DNA of 64,000 nucleotides, taken from a virus. The stretch's first letter is position 1. Every line of letters starts with the position of its first letter. The DNA is taken from the IMG/VR virus record IMGVR_UViG_3300033182_000157, positions 16,036-80,035 of that record. One strand, given 5' to 3'. A program made the translations under genes and the position numbers. Below, one piece after another: positions 46,808 through 56,395 of the stretch. The notes below the pieces were generated by a model, which did not search any database, had not been told where the DNA came from, and saw nothing but the letters and a program-made list of their open reading frames with translations.

Positions 46808-48128
46808 AGCAAGAACATCTAGCAATATAGCATTCATATGTCTTGATATTTTAAAATATGTCAAGGACACGTATATTAGAGATATAGTAAAGAATATTGC
46901 AGATTTTACGGTACAGAATTTAGTTGACCATGGATATGATGTGTATATTACTAAAAGATACACAGATGGCCAACGTTTATTTTTAGATGATGTTATTAAA
47001 CAAATTAGGAACGATTATACTCACGTAGTTGTTTATACAAATGACACAGAGTTTGAAGGCGGCGGATTTTTTAGTGCCCTTGAAAATTTAGTACAGGAAG
47101 ATTTTTTTGTTGCTGGGCATATTTTAGATCGTAGTAACTTTGATGCTTATTACGAAATACACGATCAATGTTTTGTAGTTAATTTAAAACAATACATTGA
47201 TTTAGGCACTCCAGAAATTGGCGACCAGGAAGAAGTATCAGAAGTTAATTTATTAGAAATTGTTCCTAGTACAGATCATTATCACGACAACTACACACCA
47301 AAGAGTGTTTGTGTAAGTGATACGTTAAAAAAATTTAAGAATGTTCCATTTGGATGGAAGTGGCTAAACACTGGCGCACGAATTAAAGTGTTTGATGAAT
47401 CAATTAGAAACGCAAAACGAAACTATTATGCTCGTTATCCGGAAGAGTTTCATAAAAATATTGCTTATAATTTTAAAAAACATCATTATGCTAGTTCAGA
47501 ATTATTTTATCCGGCAAATACAGAAGAGCCTGTAGAATTAGACATTGATATAATTGAGCAAATTGCTGTCTCTGCAAGCGGGTTAAATTTTTTATATTAC
47601 TTAGACAAATACGGATATAATGAAAATACAGAAGTTATTTTTTATGATAACAACCCAACCAGTTTACGTATGATGGAAAAGGTTGTATCTTGTTTTGACG
47701 GAACAGATTATGTTAAATTTGTAAAAGAAAATTGTACAGGAATATTTGCTAGTGACAAAGCAATACAAGACCATTGGGATACATTTAAAAAGTTGTGGCC
47801 AATTGTCAATAAAGTTAAGTTTCGTTTTGATAATATAGATGCAATGTACGAAGTACCTCCAAGTTTATGTAACGGTAAAAATAATATCTATAATCTTACT
47901 AACGTATTTTCATACGAGCCTAATATAGCGTTTCGTTCACTTTCTCACAGAGTTGCTTCACAAAATTTATTAGTAAAAAGGTTGAAAAAATCTTATAATG
48001 ATGTTAACATTATAATACCTATATATGCAGATCAAGTATTTGGATCTGAACGGCCAAGAAGCCTAGTAGCAAAGGATTTAGAAATTGTAGAGTTTGATAA
48101 TCTTACTCTACCTAATTGGTATGAATAA
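46791..48128 (+). CDS. Hypothetical two-domain protein; C-terminal part possibly a SAM-binding Rossmann fold
   Basis: 445-aa ORF overlapping both neighbours; IAVSASGLNFLYYL...VIFYDNNPTSL in the C-half. Confidence 0.45.
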   Translation: MVTKFKARTSSNIAFICLDILKYVKDTYIRDIVKNIADFTVQNLVDHGYDVYITKRYTDGQRLFLDDVIKQIRNDYTHVVVYTNDTEFEGGGFFSALENLVQEDFFVAGHILDRSNFDAYYEIHDQCFVVNLKQYIDLGTPEIGDQEEVSEVNLLEIVPSTDHYHDNYTPKSVCVSDTLKKFKNVPFGWKWLNTGARIKVFDESIRNAKRNYYARYPEEFHKNIAYNFKKHHYASSELFYPANTEEPVELDIDIIEQIAVSASGLNFLYYLDKYGYNENTEVIFYDNNPTSLRMMEKVVSCFDGTDYVKFVKENCTGIFASDKAIQDHWDTFKKLWPIVNKVKFRFDNIDAMYEVPPSLCNGKNNIYNLTNVFSYEPNIAFRSLSHRVASQNLLVKRLKKSYNDVNIIIPIYADQVFGSERPRSLVAKDLEIVEFDNLTLPNWYE

Positions 48129-48954
48129 AAAGTTATTAGAAATAGACCAGCCAAAGCCTTTATACGATAATCGTATTCAGGAAGAAATTAGACGAGTAAT
48201 GTCGGGAGATATTAGTCCTGATATTTCTGATGCTGTTTATATGGACTTTTTGTTAGAAGCAGAAGACTATATTTTTTCTAGCGAGTTAAATGAACTATCA
48301 GGCAATACAGCATTTCCACGTAAAGACATTATTATTGGTTGTACGCAATTTATTGATAACTTGTATATGCAAGGTTCAGTACAAACACTACCAGGTGATT
48401 ACAAATACCACGAACGTTTAGGAAATACTCCTGTAGAGTTTGCTAATTTAAAACCAGGCGTTCCGTTAATTATAGCAATGCCGTTTCCTAGTATAGGAGA
48501 TAAGTTGCCCTATATGGAAACCGTATTAAATCATTGTTTGGATCAAAATATTCCAGTACATATCGACGGTGCTTGGGTAACTTGTAACAAGAATGTTTTC
48601 TTTGATTTTGATCATCCTGCGATACACAGTTTTGGTATTAGCCTAAGTAAAGGATTAGGACTAGGTTGGAATCGTGTAGGCATCCGCTGGCACAGAGATC
48701 CAGAAGTAAAGGATTCTATTAGTATAATGAATGACTTTAAAATGAATCTGCGAGCAGTTGTAAAAATAGGCTTACATTTTGTAAGACACTTTCCTGTTGA
48801 TTATGCGTGGAACGCACACAGCGAAAACTACGACCGTATTTGTAAAGAATTAAACTTACAACCAACAAACAGCATTCACCTTGCTATGCGTGATGGTGAG
48901 CCAGTTGGTGTTGGAAAATTATTAAGCGAGTTAGAAAATGAAGATACCGTTTGA
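48121..48954 (+). CDS. PLP-dependent enzyme (fold type I), compact
   Basis: PVHIDGAW and SFGISLSKG (Schiff-base Lys), RVGIR. Start moved to ATG 48121. Confidence 0.65.
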   Translation: MNKKLLEIDQPKPLYDNRIQEEIRRVMSGDISPDISDAVYMDFLLEAEDYIFSSELNELSGNTAFPRKDIIIGCTQFIDNLYMQGSVQTLPGDYKYHERLGNTPVEFANLKPGVPLIIAMPFPSIGDKLPYMETVLNHCLDQNIPVHIDGAWVTCNKNVFFDFDHPAIHSFGISLSKGLGLGWNRVGIRWHRDPEVKDSISIMNDFKMNLRAVVKIGLHFVRHFPVDYAWNAHSENYDRICKELNLQPTNSIHLAMRDGEPVGVGKLLSELENEDTV

Positions 48955-49636
48955 CAACGATTGGAAAAGCGTAGCAATAAGTGTAAGCGGTGGAGCAGAT
49001 AGTGCTTTACTTGCTTATCTAGTTTGTAAAAAAGTTACAAATCAAAAGGTACATATTATCAGCCATATACGTTGTTGGAAAACAAAGCCGTGGCAGGAAA
49101 CAGATGCCAAACGTGTATATGCTTGGCTACAAACTCATTTTCCAGATATTGACTTTGAACGTCACGTTAATTTTATTGCTCCTGATTTAGAATACGGAAG
49201 TCAAGGACCTATTATCACAGACGAATATGGAAAACGTGTTAGTGGTGATAACGCAGAGCAAAGAGGCTTTGCTGAATACATTTGTCACAAACACGATGTT
49301 AATTGTTATTACAATGGCGTTACTAGAAATCCACGTGATACAGAATTTGATGGAATGACAGAACGTGATATTGAAAAAACAGACGACAACAAACATTTAG
49401 AATTTATGGAACATATGGGTCGCTTCGCAGCACACCCTTTCCGGTTCATCAGTAAAGATGAAATAGTAAAAAAATACAAAGAAGAAAACATTATGGAATT
49501 GTTTAATATCACACGCAGTTGTGAAGGCACGTTTGAATGGTTAGATTACCGCAATTATAAAGAGGGAGAGGAAGTTCCTGTGTGCGGAGAATGTTTTTGG
49601 TGTCACGAACGTAACTGGGCGGTAGATAATTCGTGA
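48938..49636 (+). CDS. QueC-like PP-loop ATP pyrophosphatase
   Basis: ISVSGGADS PP-loop, PFRFISKDEIV, TRSC...CGECFWCHER Zn-binding motif. Confidence 0.7.
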   Translation: MKIPFDNDWKSVAISVSGGADSALLAYLVCKKVTNQKVHIISHIRCWKTKPWQETDAKRVYAWLQTHFPDIDFERHVNFIAPDLEYGSQGPIITDEYGKRVSGDNAEQRGFAEYICHKHDVNCYYNGVTRNPRDTEFDGMTERDIEKTDDNKHLEFMEHMGRFAAHPFRFISKDEIVKKYKEENIMELFNITRSCEGTFEWLDYRNYKEGEEVPVCGECFWCHERNWAVDNS

Positions 49637-51120
49637 AGGCTGTAATTTTTACAGGCCACGATCGTCACGCTGGTTTAGATCGTACAAATGGAGCATATCG
49701 TATCGCTACATTCTTGCGCTCGCACGGATGGGACATTGAAGTAATTGACTTTATCTATATATGGACATATGAACAACTTGAACAACTGATAGAACAGCGA
49801 AGTAACCTTGATTGGATTGGTATTAGTTCTAGTTGGTTAGAATTAATGGATGATCAGCAGTCTGTTTTTAACTTAATGAAATTACTTTCTAACATTAAAC
49901 AAGATAATCCTAATATTAAAATTATTGCTGGCGGTCAAAGTATAACAACAACTGGTCAAATATATAACGATGTTGATTATGCTATTAATGGTTTTGGAGA
50001 AGTTGCTATTTTACATTTATTAAAATATTTGTATAGCAACGGCGAAAAACCTAAAATGCAATTAGTGCCAGAAACTAACACTTATGTCATCAACGCCAAC
50101 ATTGAATATCCTGCTTGGCCTATATCAGATTTAACAATAACATACGAAGATAGAGATTTTATAGATCCTAGAGAAACGCTGAGTTTAGAATTTAGCAGAG
50201 GTTGTAAGTTTGCTTGTGCCTTTTGTAGTTATCCTGTGCTCGGAGTTAAAGAAGATACAACTAGAGATGTAATAGGTTTAGAAAATGATTTGAAAAGAAA
50301 TTATGATCGGTATGGTGTAACAAACTATCAAGTAGTAGATGAAACACTAAATGACAGAGATGAAAAACTTGTAAAGATTGGAAACATAGTAAAGAATTTA
50401 AATTTCCAACCTAATTTTAGTGCTTTTATTAGAGCAGACATTTTATTCTCAAAACCACAACAAAGAGATATGCTTGGTGATGCTAAAATATGGGGACAAT
50501 TTTACGGTATTGAAACTTTTAATCACAAAACAGGAAAAGCAGTTGGAAAAGGTTTAGATCCTGAAAAGATAAAACAAGGGTTGTTAGATACTAGACAATA
50601 TTTTAATAATAATTTAGGAAAGTACAGAGGTACCATATCATTAGTATATGGATTACCTTATGAAACAGTTGATACTATTAACGATGGTCTTAAATGGTTA
50701 GAAAATAATTGGAGAGATCAGGGGATTGTAACGTTTCCTTATACAATAGGAACCACAGATGTAAAATCTAAAATAGAAAAAGATATAGAAGGATATGGGT
50801 ATAATGTTCTTAACACAATTCCTATACTAACAGAAGCGTTTAGCAGAGCAAGTTATTACGGCAAAGATGCCAATGACTGGGATAATGGCTTTATGACAAA
50901 ACAACGGGCTATAGAGTTGGCGGAGTACCAACAAACAAAAGTTTATGGAAAATCAAACAATTGGGACCTGTGGAGTCTAATGGGGTGTGCTGATAGCATT
51001 GATGAAGCCATCAGGGATTTTTCAGAAATAGAAATTACAGAAAGTCGCAAACGTGCTAATGCTGTTGTAGAAAGCATAAAATACAAATACGTAGAAAAGA
51101 AGTTAAATTATGGATCATAA
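49633..51120 (+). CDS. B12-binding-domain radical SAM enzyme (class B methylase-like)
   Basis: N-terminal GAYRIATFLR..G.DIEVID, WIGISS, IIAGGQ, GFGE; then EFSRGCKFACAFC, DET, GIET, YGLPYET. Confidence 0.8.
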   Translation: MKAVIFTGHDRHAGLDRTNGAYRIATFLRSHGWDIEVIDFIYIWTYEQLEQLIEQRSNLDWIGISSSWLELMDDQQSVFNLMKLLSNIKQDNPNIKIIAGGQSITTTGQIYNDVDYAINGFGEVAILHLLKYLYSNGEKPKMQLVPETNTYVINANIEYPAWPISDLTITYEDRDFIDPRETLSLEFSRGCKFACAFCSYPVLGVKEDTTRDVIGLENDLKRNYDRYGVTNYQVVDETLNDRDEKLVKIGNIVKNLNFQPNFSAFIRADILFSKPQQRDMLGDAKIWGQFYGIETFNHKTGKAVGKGLDPEKIKQGLLDTRQYFNNNLGKYRGTISLVYGLPYETVDTINDGLKWLENNWRDQGIVTFPYTIGTTDVKSKIEKDIEGYGYNVLNTIPILTEAFSRASYYGKDANDWDNGFMTKQRAIELAEYQQTKVYGKSNNWDLWSLMGCADSIDEAIRDFSEIEITESRKRANAVVESIKYKYVEKKLNYGS

Positions 51121-52375
51121 AAGTTGTACATTTTGTATGCACCCATTTACAGGATTAGCAACACGAGAAGACGGAGCCATACAGGCTTGCTGTCGTAGCC
51201 ACCCTGTTGGTTTTATACAAGACGCACCTTTAGAAGAAATTTGGAACGGTGATACCATGAAACGTATCCGCCAGCAGGTTCTTAATGACGAACGCCCTCC
51301 AGAGTGCGAACCTTGCTTTAGTTTAGAAGACCAAGGTGTAGAAAGTTTGCGTCAGCGCCACATAAAAGGATTTATACCAGAGGCTAGGGTCAACTTATAC
51401 CCTAACGCATTAGACGCTTTAAACGAAGATTATAGCATGCCATTTGAAATTCCTACTATGGAACTTAAACTTAATAATCTGTGTAATTTAAAATGTCGTA
51501 TGTGCCATCCAATGGACAGTACTAGTTGGAATGACTGGGACCAAGTTGAAGAATTTTACAAAAACGATGATAACATTATTGCTAAGATAGTAGATGATTT
51601 TAACTTAAAAGAAAAGCCATTCTTAGACAAGTTTCAAGATGACCCACATTGGTGGGCTAGTTTAGAAAAACTGTTGCCGCACTTTCGTCGTGTAGAGTTT
51701 GCCGGCGGCGAACCACTAATGGATCCTCAGCATTACAAAATACTAGATATGCTACAGCCTTATGCTCATCAGATAGAAATTAAGTATGCTACTAATCTAA
51801 CTACACTAGGTATTAAAGGCGGCAGAACAGTACACGACTATTGGCCTAAGTTTAAGAGCGTAGCAGTTAATGTTAGCCTTGACGGCGTTGGTGACAGTTA
51901 TAACTATATCCGTGGTAATGCTAACTGGGATGATGTAGTTGCTAATATTCGAGAGATACAAAAGTTTGATAATATTAGTCGTATAGTAGGTGCTTGTACT
52001 GTACAAGTTAGTAATATACTTGAATTAGATAAAATTGCAAAAACATTTTTAGACGATTTAGGTATTGTGTTCCATACACATCGTGTAAGTTATCCTAAAG
52101 AACTTTGCGCTCAAGTATTACCCCGTGGTTTGAAAGAACTTGCTATTCGTAGAATGAATGCTATTAAACCTTGTATTGAGGAATTTTCAGCAGTTAAAAA
52201 ATATCCTCAATTACTAGAATATACATTAGGACAGTTTGATGATAATATTAACTTTTTAAGATCCAAAGATCAAAATCATTTGTGGAGTGATTGTGTAGAA
52301 TTTAACCGCAGATTAGATAAAACAAGAAATCAAAGTTTCTTTGATGTTACTCCGGAGTATATTCCATATGGATAG
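51110..52375 (+). CDS. Radical SAM enzyme with N-terminal twitch/SPASM domain
   Basis: FCMHPF..DGAIQACC..IWNG..CEPC; core CNLKCRMC and FAGGEP. Confidence 0.85.
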   Translation: MDHKSCTFCMHPFTGLATREDGAIQACCRSHPVGFIQDAPLEEIWNGDTMKRIRQQVLNDERPPECEPCFSLEDQGVESLRQRHIKGFIPEARVNLYPNALDALNEDYSMPFEIPTMELKLNNLCNLKCRMCHPMDSTSWNDWDQVEEFYKNDDNIIAKIVDDFNLKEKPFLDKFQDDPHWWASLEKLLPHFRRVEFAGGEPLMDPQHYKILDMLQPYAHQIEIKYATNLTTLGIKGGRTVHDYWPKFKSVAVNVSLDGVGDSYNYIRGNANWDDVVANIREIQKFDNISRIVGACTVQVSNILELDKIAKTFLDDLGIVFHTHRVSYPKELCAQVLPRGLKELAIRRMNAIKPCIEEFSAVKKYPQLLEYTLGQFDDNINFLRSKDQNHLWSDCVEFNRRLDKTRNQSFFDVTPEYIPYG

Positions 52376-53264
52376 AGTAACGTCAAAGTGGCCGCACCAA
52401 GATAGTGTTAAAGTAGAATGGAACATAGGTAAACGTTGTAACTTAGACTGTGCGTATTGTCCTGCGGAAATACACGACAATCATAGTCCGCATCAGCACT
52501 ATTCCGCAATGTTTGATGTTATAGATCAGTTAACTGACATAGGTAAGCCTATTCGTTTAAGTTTTACTGGCGGCGAACCATGTATACACCCTGATATAGA
52601 AGACATCCTTGAATACGCACATCAAAAGTGTGATTGGATTAATGTGACTACAAACGGGTTACGCCCTGGTGCTTGGTACGCAGAGCAACCTGTATCGCAT
52701 TATGTGTTCAGTTTACATTTTGATAATGAACACTGGGAACGTGCTATGGATAATATTACTATGTTCGCACAACTAAATGAAGTAGAGCAAAACATACCGT
52801 TTATGATTAACGTTATGGCACACTATAATCACATGAAGGAAGTTAAACAAGCCGTAGCACGTTTTGAAGGACATAATATTAAGTATGTAATTAGACGTAT
52901 TCGATGGACTGAAAAGCATGACTGGTTTGACGATATGCGATACAATGAAAAAGATTTACAATGGATTTTAGATCAAGATGCTACTGTGCTTCCTAATTGT
53001 ATTGTTGACGATGAGATACAAATTCATGCCAATGATATTATTAAAAAGAACATGAATTGTTTTAAAGGGTGGAAGTGTTCAGCAGGTATAGAAAGTTTAA
53101 TGGTTAACTGGGACGGCGAAGTACATCGTGCTACTTGTCGTGTAGGCGGTAGTTTAGGAAATATTTACGAAGGTACATTTGAAGTTCCTGAAGAGTGGGT
53201 AACTTGTACACGAGATTGGTGTACTTGTGCTGCTGATATTCCGTTATCTAAATCTGCTTCGTAA
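52368..53264 (+). CDS. Radical SAM enzyme with C-terminal twitch domain
   Basis: CNLDCAYC, FTGGEP, TTNG; C-terminal GWKCSAG...ATC...CTRDWCTCAAD. Start moved to ATG 52368 behind GGAG. Confidence 0.85.
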   Translation: MDRVTSKWPHQDSVKVEWNIGKRCNLDCAYCPAEIHDNHSPHQHYSAMFDVIDQLTDIGKPIRLSFTGGEPCIHPDIEDILEYAHQKCDWINVTTNGLRPGAWYAEQPVSHYVFSLHFDNEHWERAMDNITMFAQLNEVEQNIPFMINVMAHYNHMKEVKQAVARFEGHNIKYVIRRIRWTEKHDWFDDMRYNEKDLQWILDQDATVLPNCIVDDEIQIHANDIIKKNMNCFKGWKCSAGIESLMVNWDGEVHRATCRVGGSLGNIYEGTFEVPEEWVTCTRDWCTCAADIPLSKSAS

Positions 53265-54246
53265 TATGTGTTTCGGGACTACAAACACATAAGCATTTAC
53301 TACAAGTTGCTTGTTTTAAATCTATATTAAATTTAGTAGTAAAATCTTTATCTAGTATATTGTGAAAATAGTCTAATCCGTAGATGTATTCTCCACAAGC
53401 TCCTTGTATTGTTCCATCAAAGTTAATAAACACACTATCAAGACCAATATTACATTTCCAACCTGTAAAACTGTTTAAGTTTTTGTTAAGGTATGTTTGT
53501 GATCCTGCTCTAATCTTTTTACCATCATCAAATGTGCCAATGCTTTCTGTATAACGTATTTCGCCATTTTTTAACAAATGCCTATTTTTCCATAACCACG
53601 TTAATGAAGCCATTCTTTTAACGCCCCATTTCATATATGCTTTTTGTTCTTTAGTATAGTGTTGTTTGTTATCTTGTTCAATAACTTCAGCAACAGTTAT
53701 AAACCATTTGTGTTTGCTATTCTTTTTCATATATTCTACAGTAGCAACACAGTCGTCCCAACACGTTGAATCCATTAAAACTTTTACAGTTATCTTTTTA
53801 TTAAATTCAAACATTGTATCTGCAACAGCAATCGTATGATCGACATCTGCTTCTTTTACGTGATGTGTTAAATGTACGTTATCAATGTTTTCGCCGTGTT
53901 CTTCCCACCAACGTAAAGTACGTGATCCGTTAGTAACTAGAGAAATGTATATGTTATTGTTTTCTCTTATGCGAGAAACAAACTGATCTAAGTCTTTCCA
54001 AAGAGTAGGCTCACCACCGATAATTTGTAAGTGTGTTTTTTTCTTACCTAATCTTGTTTCGTAAGTTTTAATTAAGTGATTAAAGTTATTGACAATTAAG
54101 TCCATATCTTTAGGACTGCGAAACTCCCCGCTATTACTTCCTGGAAAACAATAACGACATTTAAAATTACAAACGTTATTAGGTAACCAACGTAAGTCTA
54201 AATGAGATGGATCTCTAGTAGATTCTATTTTTATAAGTTTACTCAT
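53248..54246 (-). CDS. Radical SAM enzyme with C-terminal twitch domain
   Basis: CNFKCRYC, IGGEP, VTNGS; C-terminal GWKCNIG...GAC...CSKCLCVCSPE. Confidence 0.85.
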   Translation of the reverse strand: MSKLIKIESTRDPSHLDLRWLPNNVCNFKCRYCFPGSNSGEFRSPKDMDLIVNNFNHLIKTYETRLGKKKTHLQIIGGEPTLWKDLDQFVSRIRENNNIYISLVTNGSRTLRWWEEHGENIDNVHLTHHVKEADVDHTIAVADTMFEFNKKITVKVLMDSTCWDDCVATVEYMKKNSKHKWFITVAEVIEQDNKQHYTKEQKAYMKWGVKRMASLTWLWKNRHLLKNGEIRYTESIGTFDDGKKIRAGSQTYLNKNLNSFTGWKCNIGLDSVFINFDGTIQGACGEYIYGLDYFHNILDKDFTTKFNIDLKQATCSKCLCVCSPETHITKQI

Positions 54247-55661
54247 AGTAAATGTGCCAGTTCTGGAAATGTTTCTTTAAAATTAGTATGTCTATGGTTG
54301 TCCATCTTATGGATATATTCTTTAAAATCAGGAAGCAAGTATGTATGATCTTCTGCATCCATCCAATCTAATATACTTTCCCAACGACTCCATCCGTAAG
54401 GATTAACTTTCCAAAACTCGTCATCTTGTGTATAGTTTCCCCAAAGCCAATCTTTAAGTTCTAAAAATAAACGTCTTACTTCTTCTTTATCTTCTTTAGG
54501 AAGAACACGTAAACTTAACCAAGTAGGAATCCAAAGTAAATGTACACTCATTAAACCACCGCCGTATGTGTGTCCTACAGCATTTTTGTCTAAATTAATT
54601 TTCTTAAAATTACTTTGTACTTTCCACTTAATAAAATCAGGAACGTGTTTGATGTTTAGTATCTGTACAGCAAGAGCAATACTAGCAGTAATGTTCTCTG
54701 GTGCTTGTTCAATTTTCCAAAGATTTTCTTCTACCTTCTTCCAATCTAACGGATAACGTATGTATTCTCCACGAGGGCCAATGCCATCTAAACTACAACC
54801 GTACTTAACTTTTTTGAAGTGTTTCCATATATCAATAATTTCTTCATCGACTAACAAACCGTTAGAGTTATAACGCACACTAATTTTATCAGCATATCCA
54901 CGTTTAATAATTTCTTCCAAGAACATCTTGTGTTCTTTAATCATTAAAGGTTCGCCACCAGCAAAGTATAGTTGTTTAATATTAGGAATCTGTTCATACA
55001 CTTCTTCCCAAAACTCTGGATTTTCGTGCCAAAAGTTATTAAACTCTTTACGGTCCCATGACATTTGCTTTTTAATAAGTTTACTTTCAAATGTAGGATA
55101 AATTATTTTATGATCTTTAACCCATTGACTACTATCGTGCGGACTACACATAATACACTTTAAATTACAAGTATGTCCTAAACGTAAATCAAAGTATTGT
55201 ATTTTATGAGGTACAGAACCGTCTTCTGCTGTTTCTGCAATTAGCTCTTGTATATCTATTTCTTCTTCGTAATACCAAGTGCCTGTTTCCCAAATACGTT
55301 TACTAACAATACCGCGTTCTTCTTCATCAAAACATTTTTTACAACTAGCAGGTATTTTACCTTCAAGCATTGTTTTACGAACACTTTTCATATAGTCATT
55401 ATTAAATGCTTCTTTAACTGAATCCTTACCAAAGTTAGCAGGTTTTCCGTCTTCCTTTTTAACAAGTCCAACTGTATAATCTCCGCTGTCTGCACCACTA
55501 GCATTAGCAACACAACAAATACGCATATCGCCGTTAGGGCGTGTTGCTAAATGTAGCCAAGGTAATACACAAAATGTACATGATCTTGATACATCTTCTA
55601 TTTGTTGTTGGTATTTTCCTACTTCGCTGTCGATCGGGTTATAAAAGTATTTTTTGGTCAT
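54243..55661 (-). CDS. Radical SAM enzyme with N-terminal twitch/SPASM domain
   Basis: FCVLPW..NGDMRICC..CKKC; core CNLKCIMC and FAGGEP; AGAGGA RBS. Confidence 0.85.
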   Translation of the reverse strand: MTKKYFYNPIDSEVGKYQQQIEDVSRSCTFCVLPWLHLATRPNGDMRICCVANASGADSGDYTVGLVKKEDGKPANFGKDSVKEAFNNDYMKSVRKTMLEGKIPASCKKCFDEEERGIVSKRIWETGTWYYEEEIDIQELIAETAEDGSVPHKIQYFDLRLGHTCNLKCIMCSPHDSSQWVKDHKIIYPTFESKLIKKQMSWDRKEFNNFWHENPEFWEEVYEQIPNIKQLYFAGGEPLMIKEHKMFLEEIIKRGYADKISVRYNSNGLLVDEEIIDIWKHFKKVKYGCSLDGIGPRGEYIRYPLDWKKVEENLWKIEQAPENITASIALAVQILNIKHVPDFIKWKVQSNFKKINLDKNAVGHTYGGGLMSVHLLWIPTWLSLRVLPKEDKEEVRRLFLELKDWLWGNYTQDDEFWKVNPYGWSRWESILDWMDAEDHTYLLPDFKEYIHKMDNHRHTNFKETFPELAHLL

Positions 55662-55675
55662 AAATCCTCTTATGG

Positions 55676-55719
55676 TATTTACCAGGTTGTATTAACTACG
55701 CATTTTAATGTGGTAAATA
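55676..55719. promoter_or_regulatory. Back-to-back divergent late-promoter boxes flanking an ATTAACTACGCA element
   Basis: TAAATA on - at 55681-55676, ATTAACTACGCA at 55691-55702, TAAATA on + at 55714-55719; both boxes are preceded by GG. Confidence 0.6.
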
Positions 55720-55723
55720 TTTG

Positions 55724-56395
55724 ATGCTAGTAAAAACTGACATAACGCACAACGCAAACGATGTACTAGAGTTAGTAAAACACTTTCAACCAGGCAAAAA
55801 TGTTCTAAATGTTCCAACAGGACGCTTCTTTTATGACCCGTGGGTCACTATGCCAGCGTATAAAGATACAGCAATAGATGTACTTTTGAAAAAAATACCT
55901 AATGTAGGCGAAGCACGAATAAACATTCTTGCTCCTGGCGAAAGTTATATGGCTCATGCTGACATTGATGATAGACATCACTTGAATTTAGATGGTGAAT
56001 ATTCCTTTTTGATTGACTTAGACAATAACATTATGTACAAACTAGAGTGCGACAATACAGTTTATTGTATGGATACGTCAAGAATACACACTGCTAGTAA
56101 TTATGGATATAAAAATAGGATACAATTAGTTGTTAGAAAACTTTTAGTTGATTCTACACTTATTGATCCTATACATTTGAAAATTACAGCAGTTGAAGCA
56201 CCTTATAATCTTCGTTATTTGTTTGATAATACGTTTAGTATAACACTAAACAAACTAAACAAAAAGGGTGTATTAGCATCGTTTGAAAAAGTATCTGACG
56301 TGTCTATATCTTTTGCGGTTGAAAAGGAGTTTTTATCAGAAATTGATAAATGTGTAGTTAGTTGCGGATTCAAAGTAAAGGTAGAATACTTATGA
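55724..56395 (+). CDS. Asp/Asn beta-hydroxylase-like Fe(II)/2OG oxygenase with C-terminal extension
   Basis: ARINILAPGESYMAHADID...IHTASNYGYKNRIQL. Confidence 0.7.
   Translation: MLVKTDITHNANDVLELVKHFQPGKNVLNVPTGRFFYDPWVTMPAYKDTAIDVLLKKIPNVGEARINILAPGESYMAHADIDDRHHLNLDGEYSFLIDLDNNIMYKLECDNTVYCMDTSRIHTASNYGYKNRIQLVVRKLLVDSTLIDPIHLKITAVEAPYNLRYLFDNTFSITLNKLNKKGVLASFEKVSDVSISFAVEKEFLSEIDKCVVSCGFKVKVEYL

Noticed and set aside
43537-49636. Complete 7-deazaguanine DNA-modification pathway
   Set aside because: Only a QueC-like gene is visible. No FolE, QueD or DpdA, and the radical SAM enzymes carry twitch/SPASM domains unlike QueE.
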